This document shows positions 25,589 through 37,861 of a DNA stretch of 64,000 nucleotides, in pieces. Each line of letters begins with the position of its first letter. Position 1 is the first letter of the stretch. A program made the translations under genes and the position numbers. A model generated the notes under the pieces. That model searched no databases and had not been told where the DNA came from. It saw only the letters and a list, made by a program, of their open reading frames with translations. The stretch is from Paraspadella gotoi (taxonomy: Eukaryota; Animalia; Chaetognatha): NCBI GenBank assembly GCA_051294375.1, contig CM119267.1, forward strand, positions 20,647,476-20,711,475, read 5' to 3'.

Positions 25589-26482
25589 TCATCGCATTTG
25601 CGTCTCGTCAACCGGGTACGCCTTGAGAATCTTAACGTCGTCCACGGGTCTGTCGTTTCCGTCCGTCTCCACGCGTCCCATTCGATCCACGACGTGCATG
25701 CCGGAAGAGACGCGACCGAAAATCGCGTGGCGCTTGTCCAGCCACTGTCGAGGAAAAGGGAAGAGTTTTTGATCTTTTATCGTCGCCATCGAGATCGAAA
25801 GGAATATCTTACTTGCGTTGGCGCGAGGGTGATGAAGAACTGACTCCCGTTTGTGTCGGGACCGCTGTTGGCCATGGACAAGATGCCCGCTCCTAGATCG
25901 AGGGTAAAAATAAAAAATTACAAGGGGATGATGATGATGATGATGATGCTCGCAAGTTCGCAAGAAGCTATTGACACAATAGTATTGTGTAATGTGTATG
26001 GCGTTTTCTCACCAGAGTGTTTTAGGCCTTCGTGAATCTCATCTTCAAAATTTTTGCCGTAGATGGAGGCTCCACCTCTTCCTGTTCCAGTGGGGTCACC
26101 CCCTAAGACGAAAGTATTTTGATAAAAAATAAAACATGTAATATGTAACATGTAATAAGTAATATAATTAACCGTCCAAGCACCTTGGATCATGAAACCA
26201 GCAATGATACGGTGAAATTTTACTCCATTGTAATAACCTCGTCTCGCTAGTTCGGTAAAATTTCTGAAAATTAAGATAGTAAAAATGTTATGGTTTTAAT
26301 TTAAAAATATTAATCGTATTTAACGACTGAAATCATCTTCACCTGCACGTCTTGGGAGCGTGATGCCAGTATAACTCAACGACGATCTTGCCGATCGACG
26401 TCTCCAAACAAACGTTTGGTAGATCCGTCGAGACCTTGGAGCGAGACGCCGGATTTGACGAGTGAAAGGCGACGGCCGTCAT
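25589..26482 (-). CDS. PPIL1: Spliceosomal cyclophilin PPIL1, 5 exons
   Basis: [21 protein letters not shown]|[26 protein letters not shown]|[21 protein letters not shown]...[13 protein letters not shown]|[12 protein letters not shown]. Confidence 0.95.
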
Positions 26483-26589
26483 TGTCACTTTGAAAATTAT
26501 AATTCGTTTCTTTCAGGAGAGTTTTGGCTTTTCTAATCAAACGAACTAGTAAATATATGCATAAAACTTACAATAATATCAATATGTTC

Positions 26590-26830
26590 ATAACAGCGTT
26601 AAAAATGGAGCCGGAGAGGCTAAAATAAGGCAATTATAATCTATTTCTATATTTTTATTTTTATCGCCATCGATGTTTCACAACGAATCCCGAGACGTGA
26701 TTGGCTAAATATCCCGCAGCTGCAGCAGCGACCGAGAACGCGGCAGAGTGCTGCCGCTGATTTGAACAAGCGGACGACACGGCGAGGACCGAAAGTTCGA
26801 GGAGCGGGGGCGAACCGAGGGTCGAGGACG
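26590..26830 (-). promoter_or_regulatory. Candidate promoter at the head of the minus-strand gene run
   Basis: GC/CpG-rich island with a CCAAT box (GATTGGC on + at ~26699), an adjacent ACGTGA and a GC-box-like GGGGGCG. The short internal spacers lack a comparable island. Confidence 0.4.
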
Positions 26831-26933
26831 TTTAATTTTGAGGATGGACTTGTTTACTGTTTACTTGTTTACTGAGATCTTAGATAACAAATAGTTTTTA
26901 TTGTTTAATATTTATCTATTTATCTATTCAAAC

Positions 26934-27097
26934 TGTTAGAACTGAGTGATATCTGAGTTCGGACTTTACTTTGTCACAAGGATTTATCGTTTGGTTCATT
27001 TTATCATTCATGCATACGTCGTTCGTTACTATTCACTAATTCAGTCCTTTCGTCGAGATTCAGTATTTTTAGGAGGACGGACTGGCGGGACCTAACA
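26934..27097. mobile_element. Short solo-LTR-like insertion (164 bp)
   Basis: Inverted termini TGTTAG...CTAACA flanked by a 4-bp direct repeat AAAC (26930-26933 and 27098-27101). Confidence 0.5.
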
Positions 27098-27849
27098 AAA
27101 CTACTACAGTATCAGTATGGTTTTTCTCGTTTGTAACATTTCGTGACAGTATATATGTTGGACATAAACTCTCGTCGTAGTCCGTCGTTCTTATTCGCGC
27201 TCATCATATATCTATGCAACCGTAACATTTAAAAAGATTAATGATAGTCGGTTTTGAAGGTTTCTGTTTAGCATTTTACAATATCTTAATCTTTGGTTTT
27301 TTTAATTTGCAAATTTTGAAATTATAGTGGTCATATATAATTATATATATCCGACAAGAGATTAATTATAATCCCAGTTGGCCACTTTGTTTATAAAACT
27401 TAAAACTAATAAACTTTTGTTAAAGAAAAACAAGCTATCTTGTAAAGAGCGAAATCGATTCTAATTTAAGCTCCTAGAAAATAACAAACTTTCATTAATT
27501 TTTTCTGCTAATATTATATTGGTTTTACCAATTTCATAGAATCAAATCAAATCAAACCAAATTATCAGAGAAATTGTAAAGAACAAAAATTGATTAAAAT
27601 TCAAAGAAATATATATATTATATACATATGAAAATTATATTTACATTTTCAGTTGTATATTAAAAATATGAACTTGAACTCATCATAAGAATTTTAAATT
27701 GTTAGATGTCAAAATTTAAAAAAAATTATTATTATATTATCACCATTAAATGTTAATTAATAGGTTTGTCATGTCTTTTTAAAAATAAGTCATTTGTATG
27801 CTGATAATTTGAGTTAATTTAAAAAAATATATAAATTCTTTGCTTGATT

Positions 27850-28438
27850 CAAACGAGCTGTCTCTTTCATTATTAAGGTTGAACCCTTTTATGTCCATTT
27901 AAAATAAAAACTTTTTAGCAAAAGACATGAACAAACTCAATGTAGCTTAGAGTGGAGCACTCAAGAACAAAAAAATTATTTGAATGTTTAAAACTTTTAA
28001 TAAAGATTCAGATTCTTCATAAAAAGTTGAATCAAAAATATAAAACATGTTATCAAAAATTCTGTCATCTTTGGCGTTTAAAATGGGATAAAAGGTGAAA
28101 ATTCTTGACTTTTTTATTCTCTGTAGTAGAAACTTATATAATATATATGTTATAACGTTTTAGTCATTTTTTGTTATCCAAACATTAAATTATCATTTAA
28201 CATATTTTATAAAAGTTTCTTAGTTTTTTATAGCGAATCCAAATCTGTTCTTAAAAATAGAAAAAAATTATTTTGAAATTTAACGATTTTATAAGGATAT
28301 TACTACATAAATAATTGAATTTACCATACTGTTATGCTAAAAAAAAAATTTAAAAGGATTTAAAATTCATTAATTATATGTCAATAGGCAGCAAAAAAAT
28401 AATGTTCAATCACTCAATCTTTTCAGCACTCCACCCTA
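27850..28438 (-). mobile_element. AT-rich non-autonomous DNA-transposon-like family with a TAGGGTGGAGTG terminus, copy 1
   Basis: The terminus TAGGGTGGAGTG(A/C)TGAAAAGATT recurs at 28961, 29897 and (diverged) 35500. The internal block TAGAGTGGAGCA...AGAACAAAAA at ~27950 recurs inverted at ~36065-36090. Confidence 0.6.
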
Positions 28439-28573
28439 ATGTAGCTATCATTGATAGTATCAATGATGGCGTATAAAAAGATCTTTGGGTTTAACAGATG
28501 GGAAAGTATTCGTAAATTACGTAGCTTCTTTGGGAACCAGGACATCTTCACTATGATTTTTTTAGTTCCAAAA

Positions 28574-29295
28574 TTACAACTTTGACATACACTGCCCATA
28601 AGTATGGACTGAGGACTTATATAAACAAAAATAATAACCTAGCGACAGTGCAATAATTAAGACAACCACCGCAACGATAATTGGTATTATAATTGTTAGA
28701 TTGTTAAACTTATCATCACCATTTGAAGGTTCCTTTGTTGATTGTGGATGGCTGGTTTCCTGAAAATGAATTAATTTTTTTTTTATGATATCTATCAATT
28801 AAATTAAATTATTATCATATAAACGTAAAAAAGCCCTCAATTTTATTTTTAACTAGCTCAACGAATAATTATAATAGTGTTTACACATGTGTTGTTATAC
28901 TTAAGAGACAGAATTATTGATAGGAGTTAGTGATAGAACAGCTAAATATAAGCTGTCCATTAGGGTGGAGTGATGAAAAGATTTTTGACATTTTATGAAA
29001 AAAAAAAAAACTATAGATTAGTATTCACTAATATAATAGTTTTCAAGATATAACTGCTAAATATTGATTCCAAACTTTCACTTCACCCTACTGTACATGT
29101 TTCGACTCTTAGTGTTACGAGTCTTCATCAGCAAGTGAAATCAATAGACCAAATTTTTTAAAACATTAGTTTGAGAGTGAGAGAGAAAGAGAGAGAGAGA
29201 GAGTTTCCAACAAAGAATTGAGCAAGGATAGTGGTCAGATGTGAGGACAGGTGAAAGTAGGGAAAGAGAGAGCAAATGATTTTTGAAATTGGTGA

Positions 29296-29326
<31 letters not shown>

Positions 29327-30899
29327 CACAGGGATCAATACATTAGGCAATGTACAACAGTGAAAAATTTTTAGAAAAAACTAAATAGTTAACAAAAATA
29401 ATAATAAATTAATTGTTAGCTGATGATTGTTAGTAAGAGAAAATAAAATAGAAGAATAAGTGATGAGGGATAGATAATTTAAAGATAAGTGAAATAGTAA
29501 GGTACAATATTGTAATGTAATAAAATAAATGAAATGTACAATTTCAGGGATTCACTAAAGTGATTAACAAATAATTTAGCGAGAGATCTCATATAAGATC
29601 GCTGATCGGACTCTTTTCTCATGAAAGTGTAGTCGGGCATAGCAAAGTTCATCCCGCCTCTAAGCATAATACCTCCAGTCGTGACCCGGTGGCTCATTGA
29701 GTAAAGCCATCAGCTCATGACCACTAGGTACCTCGTTCAATCCCAACCCGGTAACTACCCTGAGGGAAGTGTGAGGACGGCTGTAAGCCGCTTTGGGGGA
29801 GTGGAAAACCCTCAAGCCTGGTTCCAAGCCCAGGACCCGTTCTATAGCTGCTAGAGGGGGTTATAGATTATAGAAGTTACGGATAGTCATCTTCAGTAGG
29901 GTGGAGTGATGAAAAGATTGAGCGATGAAACAATGTTTTTTTGTTGCTTTTGTATATGTAATATAAAATAATTAAGCCCTTTTTAAAAAGAAAATTGTAA
30001 CAATATCATTAATTGAGTTTTTTTATAGTAATTATCCTTATAAAATCATTAAAATTGCAAAATCATATTTTCTTAATTTTAAGAACAGTTTTGAATTCGC
30101 CAGAAAAAACTGAAAAACTTTTGTAAAATATGTTACATGATTGCCGACAAAGGGAATCTACATTTTAAAATTAATATCCCAAAAACTAGATAACAAAATG
30201 TGAAACATTGCTACAAAACCCAAAATATCATGATAAATTTAAGTAAACTGTGGCTAATTTCGACATTTACCATCGCAATACAGCCAAAAGCAAAAAAATA
30301 ATAAATAAAAAATAATTCGGCACAACCTCATAGGCAGATGATGGAGTCGTCTCAACAGAAGTCGGCACAGTTGGCTCTGGCGTTGCCTTTCCAGCACATG
30401 TGTCAAAAAATGTCTTCGTAACCTCCAACCGCGAAGTTGCCACTGGACTTCCAACCGATTTACTTATTTTTATTTTAAAGGCTAAATCTTTGTTCTCCAT
30501 GTGAGTTTCTTTTATGTAAATAGTAGCTTGCAGGTTATCGTTGCCATTACCGATGATTTTGAAAAAGCCTTTCCATTCTAGGGCGTTGTCGTCGTCTCCG
30601 CAGTTGTTGCCGCACGTCCGAAAATTCTTGCTAATTTTTTTCTCATTTTCGCATTTACCATCGATTACGAAGCATCTAGTGACGTAGATGTCGTAATCTC
30701 CCAACTTCTCACTTGCGGAATCGAAAGTAATCTGAGCGTTTAACTCGGCATAAACTTTTTTGAGAGGGTCGATCGTCCCATCGTGCAGTTTGTTGCATTC
30801 GATGTAAGAGGAGTTTTCTTTAGTAATTGAATAGGCATCAATGAGACGAGTAAGTAAAACGGAGAGAACGAGTTTTTGCAAAAGTCCGATTATCGCCAT
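28574..30899 (-). CDS. Orphan cell-surface protein: signal peptide, Cys-containing ectodomain, Ser/Thr/Pro stalk, membrane anchor
   Basis: A 210-aa ORF (30899-30267) with an N-terminal signal peptide. A phase-0 donor after SSAYE can join the phase-0 TTTTCAG acceptor at 28760, adding ETSHPQ...IIIPIIVAVVVLIIALSLGYYFC (TM). The 3' end is uncertain. Confidence 0.65.
28961..29090. mobile_element. 130-bp MITE-like derivative of the TAGGGTG family
   Basis: TAGGGTGGAGTG...CACTTCACCCTA inverted termini. Confidence 0.55.
29091..29137 (-). ncRNA. Minimal type I hammerhead ribozyme motif of the Penelope-like-element kind
   Basis: Minus strand reads TTG-CTGATGA-A-GACTC-GTAACACTAA-GAGTC-GAAA-CATG-TA-CAG. 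It has both core boxes, a 5-bp stem II, a palindromic CATG at stem III and a GUA cleavage triplet. Stem I is only about 3 bp. Confidence 0.6.
29680..29860 (+). mobile_element. tRNA-derived SINE-like element
   Basis: Box A-like TGGCTCATTGAG and box B GTTCAATCCC. The head AAGCCATCAG.TCATGACC...GTTCAATCCCAAC is shared with the inverted copy at about 61005-61060. Confidence 0.6.
29897..30250 (+). mobile_element. TAGGGTG-family element, copy 3
   Basis: Same terminus and same subterminal TTTTTTG(T/C)TGC...ATATGTAAT block as the other copies. The right boundary is approximate. Confidence 0.55.
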
Positions 30900-30948
30900 A
30901 TTGCTTTTTCCATTTTAGCATCAATCAATCAATTTTCTCAGCCTATAA

Positions 30949-31110
30949 TAGGGGTAGCCGCACTCAATGGGGTGAGTCAAAAATTTTGAGCAAAAGAAAA
31001 AAAGAATATTTATACATTTTTAAGAATACTTTCAATGGACAAAAAATTTCTAATATGGCTCAATACCCTTGTAATTAATTTGTTAATATTTATTTATAGA
31101 TAAGAAAGGT
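30949..31110 (+). repeat. Dispersed repeat just upstream of the orphan surface gene, inverted copy of about 5700-5860
   Basis: AGGGGTAGCC...CTCAATGGGGTGAGTCAAAAATTT...TTTATACATTTTTAAG...TATGGCTC matches the reverse complement of the ATP11 intron repeat. Confidence 0.75.
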
Positions 31111-31542
31111 CAAATTTTTTTAAAAAAATTTTTAATTTTAAAACCAGATTCAGATAGCTCATAAAAAGTTGTCTGCCACAAAGAACTCTGTCAAAGTATA
31201 ATTCTTTTTTAAATATTTTTATGATAATGTGTTTCAAAAATAAGAAAAAACCATAAAAATCATCATCATCTTTAAATGATTTTATTCAGTTTTTTATATT
31301 TTCACTTAGAAATGTAAGAATTATTTAAAAGCTGTAATTAATTTTCTCGGTTTAACTTTTTATGCTATCAAATCCATCAAAAATTTTTTTGCTATGTTAT
31401 GATAGATTAATTTTAACGCTGATACATTAGCATTTAAATTTAATCGGGGCTATTGGCTAATGAGAGTAGACTTATTCTTGGGGGTTTTCCAGTAAGTTCC
31501 TTCTGATTAGAAATCAATTTAAGTTATCTGATGAACAGCCTT

Positions 31543-31850
31543 ATTATCCCAGAACGCCCCATTTCTTCTTAAATTAGTTTTAGATAAAGTTTAGGTTTGA
31601 AAATTGGGTAAAAGAATAAAAACTAAATTAGGGATAAAGGTAAGGGATTAGGTTAATAATTAAGTTAAAGATTAAGGTTAGGGTTTATGGTCAGTGATTA
31701 TGGTTAAAGATTAGGGTTTAAGGTTAGGCATAAAGATTAGTTCAGGGTAACGATTAAAGTTGAGGATAAAAGTAAAAGATTGGTTTATGGGTTTAATGAA
31801 AGATTAAATTTCGGAATTAAAGAACAGAAAAGGGGCATTTCAGGAAAAGA
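31543..31850. repeat. Degenerate TTAGGG-like array inside weak inverted flanks (MITE-like)
   Basis: TTAGGG/TTAAGG/TTATGG units at ~31625-31795, flanked by ...GCCCC and GGGGC... Confidence 0.5.
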
Positions 31851-32385
31851 GAGCAAAAGTAATTTAGTAACATGACTCATCGTCGAATAATTTTTTATTC
31901 AAAATACAACATTCAAACGGCCTCTGCTGGTGTTGCTACTTTGTTTTGATTCTGGTAAGTAATGTAGGGAAGCATGACGAAGTTTAAAATTAAATAGTAA
32001 ATATTGTAAATATTGATTTGATTAAACGTACTATTTAATTTTAACTGACTGATAAAGTTATAAACATTATTTCTGATAAGTTATCTTTTCAATAAAAAAT
32101 AATCAGGATATGAATGTATTTGCCTCTACGTAAACGAAATTTAATTATCAATCTAATACAGAGACCTTCAAAAACGAAGTATCAAATAATATTATTTGTA
32201 AGAGTAGATAAGTAAACTGTACATGCAAAAGTCAGCCGTATGGAGCTTGGCAATACGCAATTAATTTTATTTATTTATTTATTTATTTATTTATTATTTA
32301 TTAATTTAAATTCCGTTTCCACTTCGTTCCAATTTTGAGTCCATTATAAATTTATAACTTTGTTTTTGTGGACAATTTCCTCCAT

Positions 32386-32956
32386 TCAGGGCTTCCCGCA
32401 TTCTTGACATTTCTTGCTGCTTACATCGACGTATTTGGTGCAGACCATCTCTTTTTCGCAAACCGGTTCGACCACAATTGACGGTGGGCCTGTGGGCGCA
32501 GATGTGGGTTTTTCGGTGGAAGCAAGGGTGGTTGGTTGAGTCGGCGACGTCGTCGGAGCTTTAGATGGTAGCCCTACAGATGGTCATTGGTTTTCGATTT
32601 ATTTTACACATTTCAATAAATTAACTTTTCATATATTAGACTTTTAACTGCAGCCATATTAGAAATGATAAATATTTCATCCAATGTTTTTTAATAATTG
32701 GCGATCCTCTTACGTATGCAAACGTATGGCTTCTTCTCATCGCACGGCGTCTCTCTCCATTTCCCGTCGGCTTTTGACATCGCAACGCAGTCCATGTCCT
32801 CGTCGGTCGCCGCTTCGGTCGGGAAGTTCGTGAAGGGAGACTCGATTCCAGAGATCCAAACGAACACGCCCTCAATTTTCTGGAAAACGCCGTGAAACAT
32901 TTTCATATCGTGTTATTTTGTTTGGTTGGTTTTTTTTCTTATTTTGCCTGGTTATT

Positions 32957-32992
<36 letters not shown>

Positions 32993-33001
32993 TTTTTCTC
33001 T

Positions 33002-33049
<48 letters not shown>

Positions 33050-33093
33050 TTCTTTCTTTCTTTCTTCTTCTTTCTTTTCTTTCTCTCTCCATG

Positions 33094-33145
<52 letters not shown>

Positions 33146-36100
33146 TTTTTCTTTTTCTCAACACCCTCTCACATTCTCAATCACAGACTTTCATTATGCA
33201 CATTGACACGGGACAGTGGAAACCGGACACTCTTTCACAAAATCTTTCACACAATACCTTCAGCGCCAACCGCGCTTACCCGATCGTCCAGCCCGATCCA
33301 AGAGTCTTTCTCTATCATCTCCTTCACATCCTCGTTCTTTTTCGGCGACAAAATCGTGACCAAAGTCCCGCCTTTCTTGACGCAGTCGTCGACGGCGTCG
33401 GTGTAGTTCTTGGGCGTCTCCTCCGGCCACTCCTCCGGCAGATCCGGAGTGGACGGCAAAAGTGCGGTGGAATGGAGTGGCGGGAGTGGTGTGGTGGCGG
33501 AAGCGGCGGGCGCTGAAGAACAAACAATAAAATTGAAAACTAATCAAACCAAAAATCGGAACAACAGAAACAACAGGAAGACTATTCGAGGTTCTTACTG
33601 GGACGGGGTCTTGGACGCGGCCTTCTGACGCAGTCGGAAAGAACGTTGCATCCGCAGGTATCCTTGACAACCACAGCCGTAAAGCCTGAGACAATTTGAA
33701 TTTTTTAAAGTTGTTTGAATTTGTTTTTTTTTTTCTTTAACGTTTCGGCTGTTCACTTAACCCTTTTTGCACTGGCGCATTTCCGGACATTCGCTTTCAC
33801 ACTGTACGTGACAACATCCGCACTCGTCCGTCTTAACGATCTCTCGCTCGCACGGACGTTTGCACGGACTCATTTCCTCTTTGGAAGGGCATTTTTTTGG
33901 AACGCAATCCTAGTAGAAGAATCATTCGCCGTTTAACTGGAAAGTCTCTTAACGCGTTGGCGAGGTCCTTGATTTACTTACTCTCCGTTTACATCCGTGC
34001 GCGTCCAGGTAAGAATCGCCGAGCTCTTGGCATTTAGTGCAGTTGGGATACGCGGGTGGATTCGGGCAGCGGATGCAAACGGTCGTGGGGTTGTAGCATT
34101 TATCCCTGCCGAAGACGAGAAGCTCGCCTTGAGTAGGAAGAAGAAGAGAGAAAATTCATATTAGATTAATTTAAAATTAATATATTTCGGCGACAACAAC
34201 AACGACAACAACAGCGACAAGCACCCTGACCTTTACCAGGTCATAACCGATTGATGGCAAAATATGAAATCGAGCGAAATCAAATAGATTAACTTCGAAT
34301 CAAATCTCATCACATTACTTTCAATTAAATCAATCCTATGAAATGAAATTAAATCTAGTCAAATCAATTAAATAAACCAGTCAATATAATCAATAATTCC
34401 ATTCAATAATTCTTTATAATCAATCTACCCAATTTATAAACAAATCAACCAATCAATCTATCAGTCGGAGTATATCAGACTATTGATAAATTAAAGTTGT
34501 CACCTTTCTTGTCGCATATTTCCGGCACGAACGGCGTGGGCGGGACTGGTTCCCAGATGGGGCAGTCGCACTTGTCGACCTCGACAGCTCTGGTTTTTTC
34601 GTCCTTCTTCTTCATGTAACACGGAGCCGCCAAAGGGACGCCCTGAAGACGACGAACGAGAAGAAAAGAAAATTCAATGAGGAGAGGGAAATAACCGGAG
34701 AATATTTCTAGGAGCTCACGTTTTCGTCGGTCTCCTTGCAAAGCGGTTTGCATTGATGTTCCAATTGCCCGCATTCCACGTTCATTTCCTATTGAATTGT
34801 GGGAAGCAAAATATTAATACAATTCAATACAAGAAGACGATTTTGGAGACAAAATCGTAAAAAAACTTACTTTGACGCATTGCTCGCAGTCGGATTTACA
34901 CTTGGGACATTTTTGATGTTTAGGGACGCAGATCCACTTGGGGCAACAATTTCCTGAAAAATTTTTAAGGGGTCATCGTCCTAAAAACTAGCAACACTGG
35001 CAAAGAATAATAACCTTTTCTGATGGACCGTTCGGGTTTCCATTCTTTGCATATAGTATTGCAGTGTTCGGGTCTTTTAGGTTTCGGACAATCTTGCTTT
35101 CTGCGAATCGACGTAAGAATGTTATTAATAGATAGTTCTAGAATCAATAATAACCTAATAAACATTCGTACGTATGCCCACCTGCATCTCTTGGTCGGAC
35201 ACTGGACGCCTTGTCTCATTTCCTTCGCGTCCGATACGTACTCGCACGGTTTGCACCGCGGCGTCTTGTTTAGGGGCACCACGTCGCACACGTGCACGCA
35301 GGTCGGGCACCCGGCCTTAGTGACGCACTTTTGGTTCGGCTTGCAATCGCAGGTCCGAGGGCGGCATTCAAATATCGGACAACCAGCGGTGTCTTTTTTC
35401 TAGTAAGTAAGTAAGTAAGTAAGTAATTAAGTAATTAAGTAACTTAGTAAGTAATTAAGTAAGTAATTAAGTAAAATGAGGGGCGTTATGTCGACTCATT
35501 AGGTTGGAAAGAGGAAAAGATTAAGCAAGTTAAGAATATTTTTTGCTGCCTTCGTATATGTAATTAAAGAAAACCATGTCCTTTAATTTTTTTAGTATAA
35601 CAGTATAGCAAATTGAATTTTCTTTATAGTAATATTCTTACAAAATCATAAAATTTCAAAATTTTATTTTTATTTAATTTTAAAAAGTTTTGGATTTGTC
35701 AAAAAAAAATCCAATTTTTATAATATATGTTATATGATATTTTAATATTAAAGTTGCAAAAAACAACAAAAATAGTTTATTATATAATAGTTTCTACTAC
35801 AGAGAGTTACAAAGTGGAGAATTTTGACCTTTTTTTCTAATTTTGATACTGAAGACAAAAAAATTTATGATAACATGTTTTATATTTTTTTATGAAAAAT
35901 ATGAATCTTTAATTAAAATTTAAAAAAAAATTATTTTGAAATTTTTTTATTTTATAAGGATAATACTATTTCTGTTCCCGAAACAATATTAACAAAATAC
36001 TTTTTGTATTCAATAGTCATACCATCTCGCATAAAATTATTGTTGTTAATTGACTCAAATCAAATTTTTGTTCTCAAATGCTCCACTCTACTCTACATTG

Positions 36101-37766
36101 CATTTGCTGGAGCTGAGTTTGTAAAGGAACTATACAATTCAATTGTCTCTCACACAAAACTAGTGAGTTCTATTAGGTTTAAAGATTCAATTAATTTATG
36201 TCTCTTCTCATTAAAATATAGTCGTGTTCGGCGTCATTCATACATTTCAGAAAATTACACTTACACTTACTAAAGTTACAGACATATATTATCAAAACCA
36301 AAAAAAATACAAAGTAAAACAAATGAACGCTTACCCCAGTCTTGACGGCGTCGGCGCATTTTCCGCATTTCACGTCCTCGGGTATTTTCTCTCTGCATCT
36401 GTAAGTGGTGCAGTTCAGCGCGTCGACGCCCGTGACCTCGCGAACGAAGCACGGCGGGCAGATGCTGGGCTTGCACTTTTCATCCACTGGCTTCTCCTCG
36501 CATTTGGTGCAGGTGGAGTCGCGGTCGGTTCCTGAGACGCACTTGGGCACCGCACCTTCCTGGCACTGCACCAGCGGGCACCCGCAACCGTCGAGAGTGA
36601 CGATGGAAGTGCTGTTGCAAAGGGGACCGCACTTGCAGTCCTTGACTAAGGAGTGAGCAAATATGGTAGGCATTCTTAAGCTACTATATATTTTTATTGT
36701 TTTCAATATTAAAAAATTAGAAAATTCGTAAGAAAATTCATTTTTTAAACAGAAATTCCGCTTACCGCACTTTTCGATTTCGCAGCCACATGCATCTTTG
36801 GTCGTCACTTTTTTCTGGCATTTGTTGCATGTCACTTTCGAAGCTGTTGGACACTTTTTCTGAACTGGATTATTATATAAAAATAAAATTTTAAATTCTT
36901 CTACAAGAAAGATGAGAAGGTTATCTTCAAATCAAATCAAAGCTTACGACAAACGAGTTTCGGACAGTGACATGGTCCTCTTTGAACTGTCTCTACGTAT
37001 TCGCACGCGGTGCAATGTACTGCAGGCGGAACCGGGCATTCTACGGAAGAAAAAAAATAATTCCATCTCGTTTTTTTCTTTCTCTCTCAGTAGTTTTCTC
37101 TCTCTCTTACTTTTTTCTGGACAATCCCAGGTCTTCATTTCGCATCCCGGCAACTCTGGATGAGCCAGCACCTCGACCCGATCGTGACACTCTGCCGGTT
37201 CTTTGCTGCATTCCGGTTTCGGCTTCGGCATCGTAGCTGGGAAGCACTTGACGCAGCATCCGTCCGTGCTCGGTACCGCAACTTCACAGGCGCCGCATTT
37301 TTGATTGCAAACTAAAATTTGGGGAGGGGGATGAAAAGTTCAGCAATCAAATAAAAATAAATCAATCCCAAGTCTCTCACCCTTTCGCTCGCAGATGTGC
37401 TCCTCCATCTCCGGATGCATCCGAGCACACCTCTTTCCGTACGGACGATAGGTTCGACAATCGTGACACTTGGGACACTTGGGAGTCTTGGGGTCGCAGA
37501 CCTGGATAAGCGGAGAAAACGAAAGAGAGAAGTTAAAAATGAGAAAAGAGGAAATCGGTAATGAAGACAAAGAAATAAAAGAAATGGAAAGTTACAAAGA
37601 ATAAAGAAAAAGAAAAGGGGGAAAATAACCCAGTTCATTTCATATTGCCAATAGAGTATTACGACTTTTAATTCAAAATTCAAGAAAGAAATCTTGTTTG
37701 TTTTGGCAACGGCAAAATCTTATTTACACTAATAGTAAATATCGCATCAAGCGCAAATTAAAGAGA

Positions 37767-37861
<95 letters not shown>

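Noticed and set aside
29479-29697. GIY-YIG endonuclease tail of a Penelope element next to the hammerhead
   Set aside because: No convincing GIY-YIG motif in this 72-aa ORF, so it is left unannotated.
32892-33516. Phe/Leu/Ser-rich, ERERER and KERK ORFs here and at 40689-40993, 57653-58146, 60425-60751 and 63100-63429
   Set aside because: They are translations of (TTTC)n and (AG)n microsatellites.
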